From: Vulcanimicrobiota bacterium
GTDB taxonomy: Bacteria; Vulcanimicrobiota; Vulcanimicrobiia; Vulcanimicrobiales; Vulcanimicrobiaceae
Reading direction: 5' to 3'
Length of the DNA: 64,000 nucleotides
Assembly (NCBI GenBank): GCA_963786105.1
Contig: CAWAXX010000014.1
Span: 160,001 to 224,000 of the forward strand
Below the pieces are notes generated by a model. That model did no database searches, was not told the origin of the DNA, and saw nothing but the letters and a program-made list of their open reading frames with translations. The position numbers were made by a program, and so were the translations under genes. Shown piece by piece: positions 26,631 through 36,312 of this stretch; within the stretch, counting starts at the first letter, position 1; the number at the start of each line of letters is the position of its first letter.

Positions 26631-27196
26631 GCGGGTGCCTCCAGCGGCACGCTTTGAGAGAATCGCTCTGCTGCGACGCCGCTGACGTGCGTCGAAAAGA
26701 TCGCGCGCGGGCCGGCCGCCGCGATAATCTGTGAAACGTAAGCGGGCTGCGGACGATCGAGAACCAGAATCTTCGGTCCGCCGACGAGCGCGGCCGCCAA
26801 TGGAAATGCGAAGGCTTCGTGCATGCCGTCGAGGCGCTCCAACAGGAGCTTGGCGTGCGCGACGGCGCGCACCGGTTCGACGTTCCAAAGCGCCGCGCGA
26901 TAGGCGATGTACCGTTCGAACTCGGCGTCATCCAGCGGCAGGGGAGCGTGCGGCACGAACGCCGCGATGCGTTTGCAATGTGCCGATTGGACGCGGGGAT
27001 CGTATTGATCGAGCAAGACGCATCCGCTGCCGGCTTTCACGATGCCGGCCGCCAGTAGCGCCACGACGTTGGCCTCCCAGGCCGAGGCGAAAACTCGGGC
27101 GGCACGCTCTCCGGGGCCGACGTCGAGCGTCACCGGGCCGACCGTTGCGCCCCTCGCGGCGAAGGATGCCTCGCGCATGCGTAATAGGAAGCTCAA
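26627..27196 (-). CDS. Degenerate ABC ATPase-like protein
   Basis: GPVTLDVGPGE, GIVKAGSGCVLL and PKILVLDRP follow the ABC layout, but Walker A and LSGGQ are missing. Confidence 0.55.
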   Translation of the reverse strand: MSFLLRMREASFAARGATVGPVTLDVGPGERAARVFASAWEANVVALLAAGIVKAGSGCVLLDQYDPRVQSAHCKRIAAFVPHAPLPLDDAEFERYIAYRAALWNVEPVRAVAHAKLLLERLDGMHEAFAFPLAAALVGGPKILVLDRPQPAYVSQIIAAAGPRAIFSTHVSGVAAERFSQSVPLEAPA

Positions 27197-27243
27197 GACG
27201 CTCTTCTTTTAACGCCTCTTGAAAAGGATGCCTACCGATCCCG

Positions 27244-28974
27244 ATGCTGCCTAACGCCGACGTTGCCGCCAAGCTGCTCGAAACTCGGACGCTCATGGAA
27301 ATGGCTGGAGAGTCGTTCTACAAGTACATGGCCTACGAGAAAGCGGCTGCATCCATCGAAAACGCGCCCCCGCTGGCCGACTTGATTGCCGCGGGGGAGC
27401 ACTTGAAGCTTCCCGGTGTGGGCAAATCGATCGGCGCTGCTGTCGAGCAGCTCGTGAGGACGGGCACGTCCGATCACCTCGACCAGCTGCACGAGCGCTT
27501 TCCGGCGTCGATTCTCGAGGTGCTCGCCGTGAGCGGAATCGGTACCAAGACGGCGGCCATGCTCTTTAGCGACTATGGCATTGCGTCGCTGGCCGATTTG
27601 GAAGCGGCGATTGCATCCGGCGCGCTCGCCGGCGTCCCGCGCCTGGGTGCCAAAACCATCGACAACTGGAAGCGCGGTATCCTCGCCTACAAAGGCCGCC
27701 AGCGCCGCACGCCGTTGGCCGAAGCGCTGATTCTGGCGTACGAGGCGATGAGCTTTTTGCGCGAAGGCCCGCCCGTCGATCGTCTACTCCCGGCGGGTAG
27801 CCTGAGGCGCCAAGAGGTGACGGTCGGCGACATCGATCTCGTCTGCACCTCGCCGCACGCCGCCGCCGTCATCGCGCATTTCACCGGTTGGAGTCGCGCG
27901 CAAGCCGTTCTCGCCGAAGGACCCACCAAAGCCAGTATCTGGCTGCCCGGCGGGCTGCAAATCGACCTGCGCGTCCTTCCCGATCACCTCTATGGTAATC
28001 TGCTCCAGCATTTTACCGGGTCTCGCGAGCACAACATCAAGCTCCGCGAACTCGCCGTGCGCAAAGGGCTGCGCGTAAGCGAAAACGGCATTCTGAATCT
28101 TGAAAGCGGCGACGCGACCGTCTGCTCGGAGGAAGCCGGCGTGTACGCAGCCTTGGGCATGCAGTACGTTCCGCCCGAACTGCGTAGCGGTCTCGACGAA
28201 ATCGAGCTGGCGTTGGTGGGTGCCATTCCGCCGCTCGTCGAGCGGAGGGATCTGCGCGGCGATTTTCACATGCATACGACGTGGAGTGACGGCGACGATT
28301 CGCTCGAGGAAATGATCGTCGCCGCCGCGGCGCGCGGATATGAATATCACGCGGTCAGCGATCACTCCCAAGGTCGCGGCCGGCGTTTCGGCATGAGTCC
28401 CGAGCGACTGCGCGAGCAACGCTGCGCCATCGAGGCACTTGGCAATCGCCACGGAATTCGCACGCTGTGCGCGAGCGAAGTCGACATCCTTGCGGACGGA
28501 TCGATGGACTTTGACGATACGGTACTGGCCGAGCTGGACGTCGTGATTGGGTCGGTTCATTCGGCGATGCACCAGTCGCGCGAAGTGATGACCGCTAGGC
28601 TCGTTCGGGCGTGCGAGAATCCGTACGTGACGATCGTCGGCCATCCGACCGGGCGCCGTTTCGACGGCGGCGCGGGATACGAGTTCGATTACGACGCGGT
28701 GTTTGCGGCTGCCGCGCGCACCGGAACGGCGCTCGAAATCGACGGCCAGGCCATGCGGTTGGACCTTCCGGCCCCGTTGATCCGCAAGGCCAAAGCGTTC
28801 GGCGTCACGTTTGCGGCCGACAGCGACGCGCACCGCACGCGCGACTTGGCCGACGCGGAGCTCGCGATCGGTCAGGCGCGGCGGGCAGGTCTGACGAAAG
28901 ACGACGTCTTGAACGCGTGGCCATTCGAAGCCATGCACTCGTTCGTACGCGCAAAGCGCCGGAGGGCAACGTGA
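27244..28974 (+). CDS. polX: DNA polymerase X with PHP domain
   Basis: LPGVGKS HhH, GSLRR..GDIDL, HFTGSREHN, DFHMHTTWSDG, DSDAH. Confidence 0.95.
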   Translation: MLPNADVAAKLLETRTLMEMAGESFYKYMAYEKAAASIENAPPLADLIAAGEHLKLPGVGKSIGAAVEQLVRTGTSDHLDQLHERFPASILEVLAVSGIGTKTAAMLFSDYGIASLADLEAAIASGALAGVPRLGAKTIDNWKRGILAYKGRQRRTPLAEALILAYEAMSFLREGPPVDRLLPAGSLRRQEVTVGDIDLVCTSPHAAAVIAHFTGWSRAQAVLAEGPTKASIWLPGGLQIDLRVLPDHLYGNLLQHFTGSREHNIKLRELAVRKGLRVSENGILNLESGDATVCSEEAGVYAALGMQYVPPELRSGLDEIELALVGAIPPLVERRDLRGDFHMHTTWSDGDDSLEEMIVAAAARGYEYHAVSDHSQGRGRRFGMSPERLREQRCAIEALGNRHGIRTLCASEVDILADGSMDFDDTVLAELDVVIGSVHSAMHQSREVMTARLVRACENPYVTIVGHPTGRRFDGGAGYEFDYDAVFAAAARTGTALEIDGQAMRLDLPAPLIRKAKAFGVTFAADSDAHRTRDLADAELAIGQARRAGLTKDDVLNAWPFEAMHSFVRAKRRRAT

Positions 28975-29768
28975 TCGAAACGATTCGGGTCATCGCCGCG
29001 GATGGTGCCGTGACCGGCGCGCGGTGCGCCGGCGATGCCGGTCCGGCGCTGATTTTCGTGCACGGGGTCGGCTCGACGGCAGCAATTTGGGATCCGCAGG
29101 TGGATGCGTTCGCCGGCGCCCATCGCTGCGTGGCGATCGAGTTGCGCGGCAACGGTGCTCTCCATCCCGATCCGGATCCGGGGTCGATTTCGCGCGAAGG
29201 GTTTGCGGACGACGTGCTCGCGGTTGCCGCCGCGCGCGGCATCGAACGGTTCACGCTGATCGGCTGCAGCCTCGGCGGCGTCGTTGCGTTCGAGCTGTGG
29301 ACGCGCGTGCCGGAACGATTCAACGCGATGGTCATCGCGGACAGTTTTGCATACTATCCCAACGGGCAAGGCAATGCCGAAGCAATATCCGCTGCCGTTC
29401 GGGAAGCGGGCGGCATGCCGGCCTTTGCCGAGCTGCGCGCCGCAAAACTCGGCCTGCCTCCAGAGCGGATGCGCGTGACCGTCGGGCAAATGGCGTGCAA
29501 ATCGGTGCCGTCGTATATCGCGTCGACGCAAGCGACCTGGACCGGCGATTATCGCGACATCTTGCCGGCGATCGACGTGCCGGTGCAGGTTCTCTGCGGC
29601 GAACGCGATACGGTGGCGCCGCGCGAGTTATCGAAAGAAATCGCTCGCGCGATTCCGGGCGCACGGTTCGCGATCGTGGAAAACGCGGGCCACGTTTCCA
29701 ATGCCGATGCCCCAGAACGCTTCAACGCCCTACTGCGCGAGTTTCTCGATTCGATCGCGGCATCCTGA
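28971..29768 (+). CDS. Alpha/beta hydrolase
   Basis: FVHGVG, GCSLGG nucleophile elbow, GERD, AGH. Confidence 0.9.
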   Translation: MIETIRVIAADGAVTGARCAGDAGPALIFVHGVGSTAAIWDPQVDAFAGAHRCVAIELRGNGALHPDPDPGSISREGFADDVLAVAAARGIERFTLIGCSLGGVVAFELWTRVPERFNAMVIADSFAYYPNGQGNAEAISAAVREAGGMPAFAELRAAKLGLPPERMRVTVGQMACKSVPSYIASTQATWTGDYRDILPAIDVPVQVLCGERDTVAPRELSKEIARAIPGARFAIVENAGHVSNADAPERFNALLREFLDSIAAS

Positions 29769-30016
29769 GCGGAGACGCCGCAGTGTCATCCTGAGCGGAG
29801 CGCCGCAGGCGCGCAGTCGAAGGACGACTCCGGGAATGACTCGCCGACCTGAGGGCGTCTGGACGCGGAGCGAAGGCACGGATGCCGAGAGCGACGCGCC
29901 AGCCGAGTAGCGTTTTCGCACGGACGCGAAAACGCGAACGTCCCGAGGGTGGCGAGTCATTCCCGGGAGCCGGTCCTCGACTGCGCTCGCTGTCGCTCGC
30001 TCCGCTCAGGATGACA
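29761..30016. repeat. Structured repeat copy B inside inverted REP-like units
   Basis: Core nearly identical to copy A, closed by a different 16-bp inverted repeat (29830-29845 / 29951-29966). Confidence 0.85.
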
Positions 30017-30869
30017 CGGTAACTCGGTCCGGGGCGCTATAGACGTTGGCGCGGCTATCGCGGACGAATCCGGCGAGCGTGATGTTGAACTCGCGCGCGA
30101 GATCGACGGCGAGGCTGCTTGGAGCCGAGACGGAGCACACGACCGGAATCCTGGCGACCGCGCTCTTTTGTAAGATTTCATATCCCGCCCGCCCGCTGAC
30201 GACGAGGATGCACTGCGAAAATGGTAAGCGCCCGTTGACCAGCCCCCACCCGATCAGCTTATCGACCGCGTTGTGGCGGCCGACGTCCTCGCGGGCCGCG
30301 TGCGGCTCGCCGGTTGCGTCGAAGAGCGCGGCGGCGTGCAAGCCGCCGGTGATTCCGAAGATTCGCTGTGCTTCGCGCATGCGCGCCGGAAGGGAGTAGA
30401 GCAAGCCGGGCGAGACGCGAATATCGTCGTCGATCGGCGTTACGCCGAGATCGTACAGCGACTCGAGCTGCGCGCGTCCGCAAACCCCGCATGCGCTGTT
30501 GATGGTGAAGTGGCGTTCGAAGCGCTGCAAATCCGGAAGGTTTTCGCGCGAGAGCTCGACGTTTACGACGTTGTAGCGTTGATCGGGTTCGAGATCGGCG
30601 TCCAAACAGTAAGTTAGCGTAGCGATCTCCGCGCGGCTTCGTACGATCCCCTCGCTGAATACGAATCCGGCCGCCAGCTCGAAATCGTTTCCGGGCGTCC
30701 GCATCGTCACCGCCAGCGTCTTCGTCGTTTCGCCGGCGACGAGTCGCAATTCGAGCGGCTCTTCGGTTACGACGTCGTCGTCTCTGAGTGCGCGCGTCGC
30801 ACCGTCCAGCGCCAGAATTCGCGCTTCGACCGTGCGCCCGGGACGCGCGCGCGCCTCATCGCTCGTCAA
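30006..30869 (-). CDS. fdhD: Formate dehydrogenase accessory sulfurtransferase
   Basis: EEPLE, TMRTPG, SACGVCG, TGGLHAAAL, REDVGRHNAVDK. Confidence 0.95.
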   Translation of the reverse strand: MTSDEARARPGRTVEARILALDGATRALRDDDVVTEEPLELRLVAGETTKTLAVTMRTPGNDFELAAGFVFSEGIVRSRAEIATLTYCLDADLEPDQRYNVVNVELSRENLPDLQRFERHFTINSACGVCGRAQLESLYDLGVTPIDDDIRVSPGLLYSLPARMREAQRIFGITGGLHAAALFDATGEPHAAREDVGRHNAVDKLIGWGLVNGRLPFSQCILVVSGRAGYEILQKSAVARIPVVCSVSAPSSLAVDLAREFNITLAGFVRDSRANVYSAPDRVTVSS

Positions 30870-31755
30870 CGCCGCCGCCCTCGTCGCGACGTTGCACGTA
30901 GACTGTTCCGAAGCGACCTTTAATGCACAAGTTACCGTGGGTCACGTCGTTCTCGAGCGGCGCGGTAACCTTCACGATGGTATCGTCCTGTACGTGCAGC
31001 CGAAGCGTACATCCGACGCCGCAATAGGGGCAGATCGTATCGGACTGCGTCTGACGCGCTTCGTCCCAGCGGCCTTCCGCGCGCAGATCGTGCTCGGAGG
31101 AAAACATCAGCGCGCCGGTCGGGCAGACGCCGATGCAGTTGCCGCAATAGACGCACGCCGAATCGGGTAGCTCGACGTCGAACTCGGTCGAGATGTGAGC
31201 GTCGAATCCGCGACCGGCGGCCGCGATGGCAAACGTGTTTTGCGCGTCCGTACCGCACGCCTCGACGCATTTGTAACAGAGAATGCACTTCGAATAGTCG
31301 CGGACGTAGAGATTGTTGTCGACCTTCGGCGGTTGGGCGACGGTCGCCGCCTCCGAGCCGAAGCGTCCCGGATCGGCGGCGTATTGCGCGCAGTAGCGCT
31401 GCGCGTCGGGAGCCGTCGACAGGTCGACCGACGATCCTAGCAGTTCGAGCACCAGCTTGCGGCTATGCCGAACGCGCTCCGAATCGGTGCGTATGACCAT
31501 GCCTGCTTCGGCCTTTCGCGCGCACGCCGGCACGAGCGCGCGCGAACCGTCGAGTTCGACGACGCAGACGCGGCACGCGTTTACGGGCGTCAGCGTGGGG
31601 AGAAAGCACAACGTCGGCGTCGTAAGGCCCGCGGCATTGCAAGCATCGAGAATCGTCGCGCCTTCCGCGACGGCGACCGGGCGCTCGTCGATCGTCAGGT
31701 CGAGCGTTGGTCGCGCTGGGCCGACAGGGCGTGTTGGAAGGGGTCCTCTGATCAC
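30856..31755 (-). CDS. Fe-S subunit (2Fe-2S, 2x4Fe-4S and the Mo-enzyme 4Fe-4S motif) of formate dehydrogenase
   Basis: PTLC..ACRVC..C, CILCYKCVEAC, CVYCGNCIGVCP, TICPYCGVGC...LCIKGRFG. Confidence 0.9.
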   Translation of the reverse strand: MIRGPLPTRPVGPARPTLDLTIDERPVAVAEGATILDACNAAGLTTPTLCFLPTLTPVNACRVCVVELDGSRALVPACARKAEAGMVIRTDSERVRHSRKLVLELLGSSVDLSTAPDAQRYCAQYAADPGRFGSEAATVAQPPKVDNNLYVRDYSKCILCYKCVEACGTDAQNTFAIAAAGRGFDAHISTEFDVELPDSACVYCGNCIGVCPTGALMFSSEHDLRAEGRWDEARQTQSDTICPYCGVGCTLRLHVQDDTIVKVTAPLENDVTHGNLCIKGRFGTVYVQRRDEGGGVDER

Positions 31756-33572
31756 GTCGCCGTGCCCGCTGGGAAAACGCCGGGAAGAGCTCGTGCCGAA
31801 GCGATCGCGGTGGCGGCGGTTTGGCCGAGGCCGCAAATCGATGCGTCGCGCATCACTCGGGCGACGTCGTCGAGCAACGTCAGGTCGATCGACGCATCGG
31901 CACCGCTGCGCGTCGAGGCGAGCCGTTGCAACGTTTCTTCTTGCCGGACCGTGCCGACTCGGCAAGGAACGCATTGGCCGCACGATTCTTCGCGAAAGAA
32001 CCGCGCGATTCGCGCGAGAGTCGTCATCAGGTCCGCGCTACGATCGAAAACCATGACGACGCCCGAGCCGAGCGTTGCATTCGCCGCACGCGCGCTTTCG
32101 AACGACAGCGGCATCGAGAGCGCACCGGTTCCGACGAAGCTTCCGGCGGCACCGCCGAGCAGAATCGCTTGGATCGAATCCGGCGAAACCGGGCCGGCCA
32201 TTCCGAGCAGCGTTTCGAGGGTCGTGCCGTGAGCGACTTCGTAGAGTCCCGGCCGCTGCACCGCGCCGGAGAGACAAAAGAGGCGCGTGCCCGTCGAATC
32301 CGCGGTACCGATTGCAGCGTAGGCAGCGCCGCCGTCGAGGATAATTTGAGGCAGATTGACCAGCGTTTCGACGTTATTCACGAGCGTCGGTTTGCCGAAG
32401 AGACCGACGTCGGCCGGGAACGGCGGTTTGCTCCGCGGTTCGCCCCGCTTGCCTTCGATCGAGTTGAAGAGGGCCGTCTCTTCGCCGCAGATATACGCAC
32501 CCGCTCCGCGACGGATCTCGACGTCGAACGAAAAACCGCGGCCCATGATGTCGTCGCCGATCAAACCGTGCCGCCGAGCGACGTCGATCGCGTGTGCGAG
32601 GCGTTTGGCGGCTAGCGGATACTCGCCGCGTACGTACACGAAGCCGCGTTCGCAACCCGCGGCGAAGGCCGCTATCGTCATCGCTTCGATGACGGCAAAA
32701 GGGTCGTACTCCATCAAAATTCGGTCTTTGAAAGTTCCCGGCTCGGATTCGTCCGCATTGCAAACGATGTAATGCGGCCGCGGCGGTGCCTTGGCAACCG
32801 ACTGCATTTTTCGACCGCTGGGAAACGCCGCGCCGCCCCGGCCGAGAAGCTTAGACGCGATAACCTCGGCGATGACGTTGTCCGGTCCCACTTCGAACGC
32901 GCGCTGCAGCGCGCGGTAACCGTCGTGCGCTCGATACGCGTCCAAGCTCTCGGGATCGACGCGGCCCACCCGCCGCAATAGCCGCAACGGCGAGCCCTCG
33001 ACGTGCGGCCGGACCGGCGGCCGTCGCGCCGCGCCGGCGCCCTCGCCGGAGACGGCGGCAATCACGTCGGCTACGGCGGCGGGCGCGAGTTGCCGTTCGA
33101 CCGGTTCGTCCCCGGCGGCGACGAACAGCGCGGCTGGGGCGCGGTCGCATAAACCCAAACAGGGACTGCGCAGCCACGTCGTGCGTCCGTCGGGCGACGG
33201 CGTTCCCGCCGGTCCGAGTGCCGACTCGAGCGCGCCGCACAGATCGTTGGCTCCAGCGCACGCACACGCGATATCGTCACACACGTGCAAAACCACCGGC
33301 GGTCGCGGTGTGGTGGAAAACATCGCGTAAAAGGTTGCGACACCGTATGCGTCGGCGGGCGGTACCGCCAGGCGCTGACAGGCGTAGTTGAGGGCGCCGC
33401 CGCTGATCCACCCGATGCGCCCGTTGACCGCATGCAGCACCGGCAGTAAAAAATGGCGCCGCTCGCGTGCGTTGGCGCCACCGTTCCAGCCGCCGTCTGG
33501 CTCGCCGAGAACGCGGTCGATTGCGGCTCGCTCGTCTAGCGTCGGGACCGCAGACGTGAAATGCAGATCCAT
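31752..33572 (-). CDS. NuoE-NuoF-like fused diaphorase subunit of NAD-linked FDH
   Basis: VATFY..CDDIAC..CLGLC; GRGGAAFP, NADESEPGTFKDR, GAYICGEETAL, ESCGQCVPCRVG, SICGLG. Confidence 0.92.
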   Translation of the reverse strand: MDLHFTSAVPTLDERAAIDRVLGEPDGGWNGGANARERRHFLLPVLHAVNGRIGWISGGALNYACQRLAVPPADAYGVATFYAMFSTTPRPPVVLHVCDDIACACAGANDLCGALESALGPAGTPSPDGRTTWLRSPCLGLCDRAPAALFVAAGDEPVERQLAPAAVADVIAAVSGEGAGAARRPPVRPHVEGSPLRLLRRVGRVDPESLDAYRAHDGYRALQRAFEVGPDNVIAEVIASKLLGRGGAAFPSGRKMQSVAKAPPRPHYIVCNADESEPGTFKDRILMEYDPFAVIEAMTIAAFAAGCERGFVYVRGEYPLAAKRLAHAIDVARRHGLIGDDIMGRGFSFDVEIRRGAGAYICGEETALFNSIEGKRGEPRSKPPFPADVGLFGKPTLVNNVETLVNLPQIILDGGAAYAAIGTADSTGTRLFCLSGAVQRPGLYEVAHGTTLETLLGMAGPVSPDSIQAILLGGAAGSFVGTGALSMPLSFESARAANATLGSGVVMVFDRSADLMTTLARIARFFREESCGQCVPCRVGTVRQEETLQRLASTRSGADASIDLTLLDDVARVMRDASICGLGQTAATAIASARALPGVFPAGTAT

Positions 33573-33579
33573 GCAGAGG

Positions 33580-35466
33580 TTACAACGGTTCGATACGCAC
33601 GGCCGCCGCCTTGAATTCCGCGGTTCCCGATTTCGGATCGGTGGCGTCGATGGTCAGCAAATTGGTCGCGACGTCGTCGTTGAAGTGCGGGGTCATGAAC
33701 ACCAGTCCGGCGCGCAGACCGTCGTCGACGCGGACCGGCGCCGTGACCGAGCCACGACGCGAGCTCACACGCACGAACTCGCCATCGTGCAATCCGTAGC
33801 GCGCCGCATCGTCCGGCGATATGTCGAGACTCTCGCCGCGACGAAGCGGCGACGTGTAGCCGGCGGTCTGTACGCCCGTGTTGAACGAATCGAGCCGCCG
33901 TCCGGTCGTAAGCCGCAGCGGGAACTCGTCGTCGAGTGCTTCCACCGGCGGATCGTGCTCGACGACCGCGAACGGGGCCCTCGGCCCGCGGATCGGATTT
34001 TCCCAGAGTCGTCCGTGAAGGTAGGTCTCTCCGGGATGGTTCTCGTCGTAACACGGCCATGGAATCCCGCCGAGTTTCTCCAATCGGCCGTAGCTCATGC
34101 CGGCGTGCCACGGCGAGAGCGTCCGGCACTCATTCCAAATTTGTTCCGCGTCGGCGCTGCCCCAGTCGTATCCCAAGCGTCGTGCCAGGTCGTAGACGAT
34201 CGCCGAGTCTTCGCGCGCCTCGCCCGGAGGCTCCAGCGCTTTGCGCACGCGTTGAACGCGCCGCTCGCTACTGGTAACCGTTCCTTCACTTTCGCACCAA
34301 CTCGATGCGGCTGGAAAAACGACGTCGGCCATTTCCCCGGTCTTGGTCAAGAAAATGTCTTGGACGATGAGGCAGCGGAGGCCGCGCAGCAGAGCGTTCG
34401 CTCGGTGCTGATCGGCCTCGGATTGCGCGGGGTTTTCACCGATCACGTACAGCGTGTCGAGTTCCCCGCGTTCCATTGCCTCGAACATTCGCGTGAGATT
34501 CCATCCGGGCTCGCTCGGCAGCGTGGCGTTCCAGGCGCGCTCGAACTTGGCGCGCGATTCCGGGTCGGCGACCGCCTGGCCGCCCGGATACTTATCCGGA
34601 AGCGCCCCCATGTCGCCGCCCCCTTGGACGTTGTTTTGTCCTCGCAGCGGACACACGCCCGAGCCGTATCGTCCGACGTGACCCGTAAGCAGTGCGAGGT
34701 TGATCAGCGCGCGTACGTTATCCACGGCGTTGTGATGTTCGGTGATGCCGAGCGTCCAGCAGAGCTGGGCGCTCGAGGCGCTCGCATACCCATGCGCGAG
34801 TTCGACGATGCGTTCGCGAGGAACCCCGGTCGTTTTCTCGGCGTACTCGAGCGTGTAAGGTTCCACGCATCGCGCGTACGCCTCGAAGCCGCTGGTGGCG
34901 CGCTCGATGAACTCTCGGTTTTCCAGCCCGGCTGCCAAGATTTCGCGGGCCACCGCATTGGCGAGCGCGATGTCGGAGCCGACGTCGAGACCCAGCCAGC
35001 CGTCGGCCCAACGGGCAGAACTGGTTCGGCGTGGATCGACGACGTAGAGCTTTGCGCCGTTGTGAACTCCCCGCAAGACATGGTGAAAAAAGATCGGATG
35101 CGTTTCTCGCGCATTCGAGCCCCACAAAACGACGACGCCGGTCTGCTCAGCTTCTTCGTAGGAGCTGGTGCCGCCGCCCGCCCCAAAGACCGTCGTCAGA
35201 CCGACGACGCTCGGAGCGTGTCACGTTCGGTTGCAGCTATCGATGTTGTTGCTGCCGACGGCGACGCGAGCGAACTTTTGCGCGACGTAGTTTACCTCGT
35301 TGGTCGCCTTCGAGCAGCTGAACATTCCGAACGTGGTCGTGCCGTTGCGTTCGCGCGCGCTGCGTAGTGCGTCTGCGGCGCGATCGAGCGCCTCGTCCCA
35401 CGTCGCCGCCCGCAACGAATCGCCTTCTCGAACGAGCGGATGTGCTAGCCGCCGATAAGCTTTCAT
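33580..35466 (-). CDS. Selenocysteine formate dehydrogenase catalytic subunit (UGA=Sec at 35221-35223)
   Basis: ORFs 35221..35466 and 33580..35127 share one frame: NNIDSCNRT-UGA-HAPSVVGL; LRGQNNVQG; downstream hairpin. Confidence 0.92.
35191..35209 (-). other. Bacterial SECIS-like hairpin
   Basis: mRNA CGUCGUC-GGUCU-GACGACG starting 11 nt 3' of the in-frame UGA. Confidence 0.8.
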
Positions 35467-35494
35467 GGGCGGACCTTTTCCGGTAGAAGGGACG

Positions 35495-36226
35495 TTACCT
35501 CGCGCCTTCTGTAGGAGCCGGCACGCGCCGCAGCACCAACGTTAGGATTGCGGCCGCCGCCGCGTACGCGCCGGCGATCGCAAAGAGCGCGGCGTTGCCC
35601 GCCCACCACTCGACCCCGAGGGCTTCCCCGGTCCAAAACGTTCCGAGCGAAGCGAGCATGATGCCGACGAGCGCCTTCATCGCATTTTCCGGTACGCGGG
35701 CAAACGGCTTGTGCAGCGCAACCGCGGCGGCGGTCACCAGGACGAGTGCCGCCAAGGCTCCGCCGTTCGCCCAGGCGAACGCGCGCGCGTTGGCGGCTCC
35801 GAACGTGACCACGATGACCGCGACCTCGAGCCCTTCGACAAAGACGCCCTGAAAGGCGACCGCAAACCCGAGGCGCCGCTCGCCGTCGGCGCGCAACCGG
35901 GCGAGCTCCCGGTCGTAAATTGCCTGCTCGTCGCGCATGCTCATGCGTCCGGCATATCGCCAAACCGCCTTCCGCAGCCAGTAGAGGCCGAAAAGGATCA
36001 AAAAGGGGCCGACTACGAGCTGAATCCTCGCCAGCGAAGCGGCGTTGGTCAGCAACGGCCCGAAAATTACGACGATCGCTCCGAGCGCGACGGTCGCCCA
36101 AACGGTGCCCCAAAGTGCCGCGCGCCATCCCTGCGCGTAGCCGACCGCCAAGACGATGGTCGCCGCCTCGACGAACTCGACCGCCGAAGCCACAAACGTG
36201 GTGGCACCCAGAACCCAACCGTTCAC
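35495..36226 (-). CDS. Membrane protein with two ExxE motifs (COG4280/FTR1-like)
   Basis: SAVEFVEA and VFVEGLEV in repeated halves; about 7 TM segments. Confidence 0.7.
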   Translation of the reverse strand: MNGWVLGATTFVASAVEFVEAATIVLAVGYAQGWRAALWGTVWATVALGAIVVIFGPLLTNAASLARIQLVVGPFLILFGLYWLRKAVWRYAGRMSMRDEQAIYDRELARLRADGERRLGFAVAFQGVFVEGLEVAVIVVTFGAANARAFAWANGGALAALVLVTAAAVALHKPFARVPENAMKALVGIMLASLGTFWTGEALGVEWWAGNAALFAIAGAYAAAAAILTLVLRRVPAPTEGAR

Positions 36227-36312
36227 CGCGTCATCCTACCCTGCCGCCGAAGGAAGCGTCCAGCCCGGTAACGCAACTTCGCCAACCCGGGTCAGCAGGG
36301 AAGGAGTCTATC

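Noticed and set aside
25255..26931. 558-aa minus-strand ORF
   Set aside because: Low-complexity shadow overlapping better supported genes.
35221..35223. FDH as a nonsense pseudogene
   Set aside because: The TGA is at the catalytic Cys/Sec position and has a SECIS-like hairpin.
33388..35367. 659-aa plus-strand ORF
   Set aside because: Antisense shadow of the FDH gene, typical of high-GC DNA.
36227..36312. Riboswitch or T-box upstream of ilvE
   Set aside because: Only 86 nt between divergent genes and no recognisable consensus.
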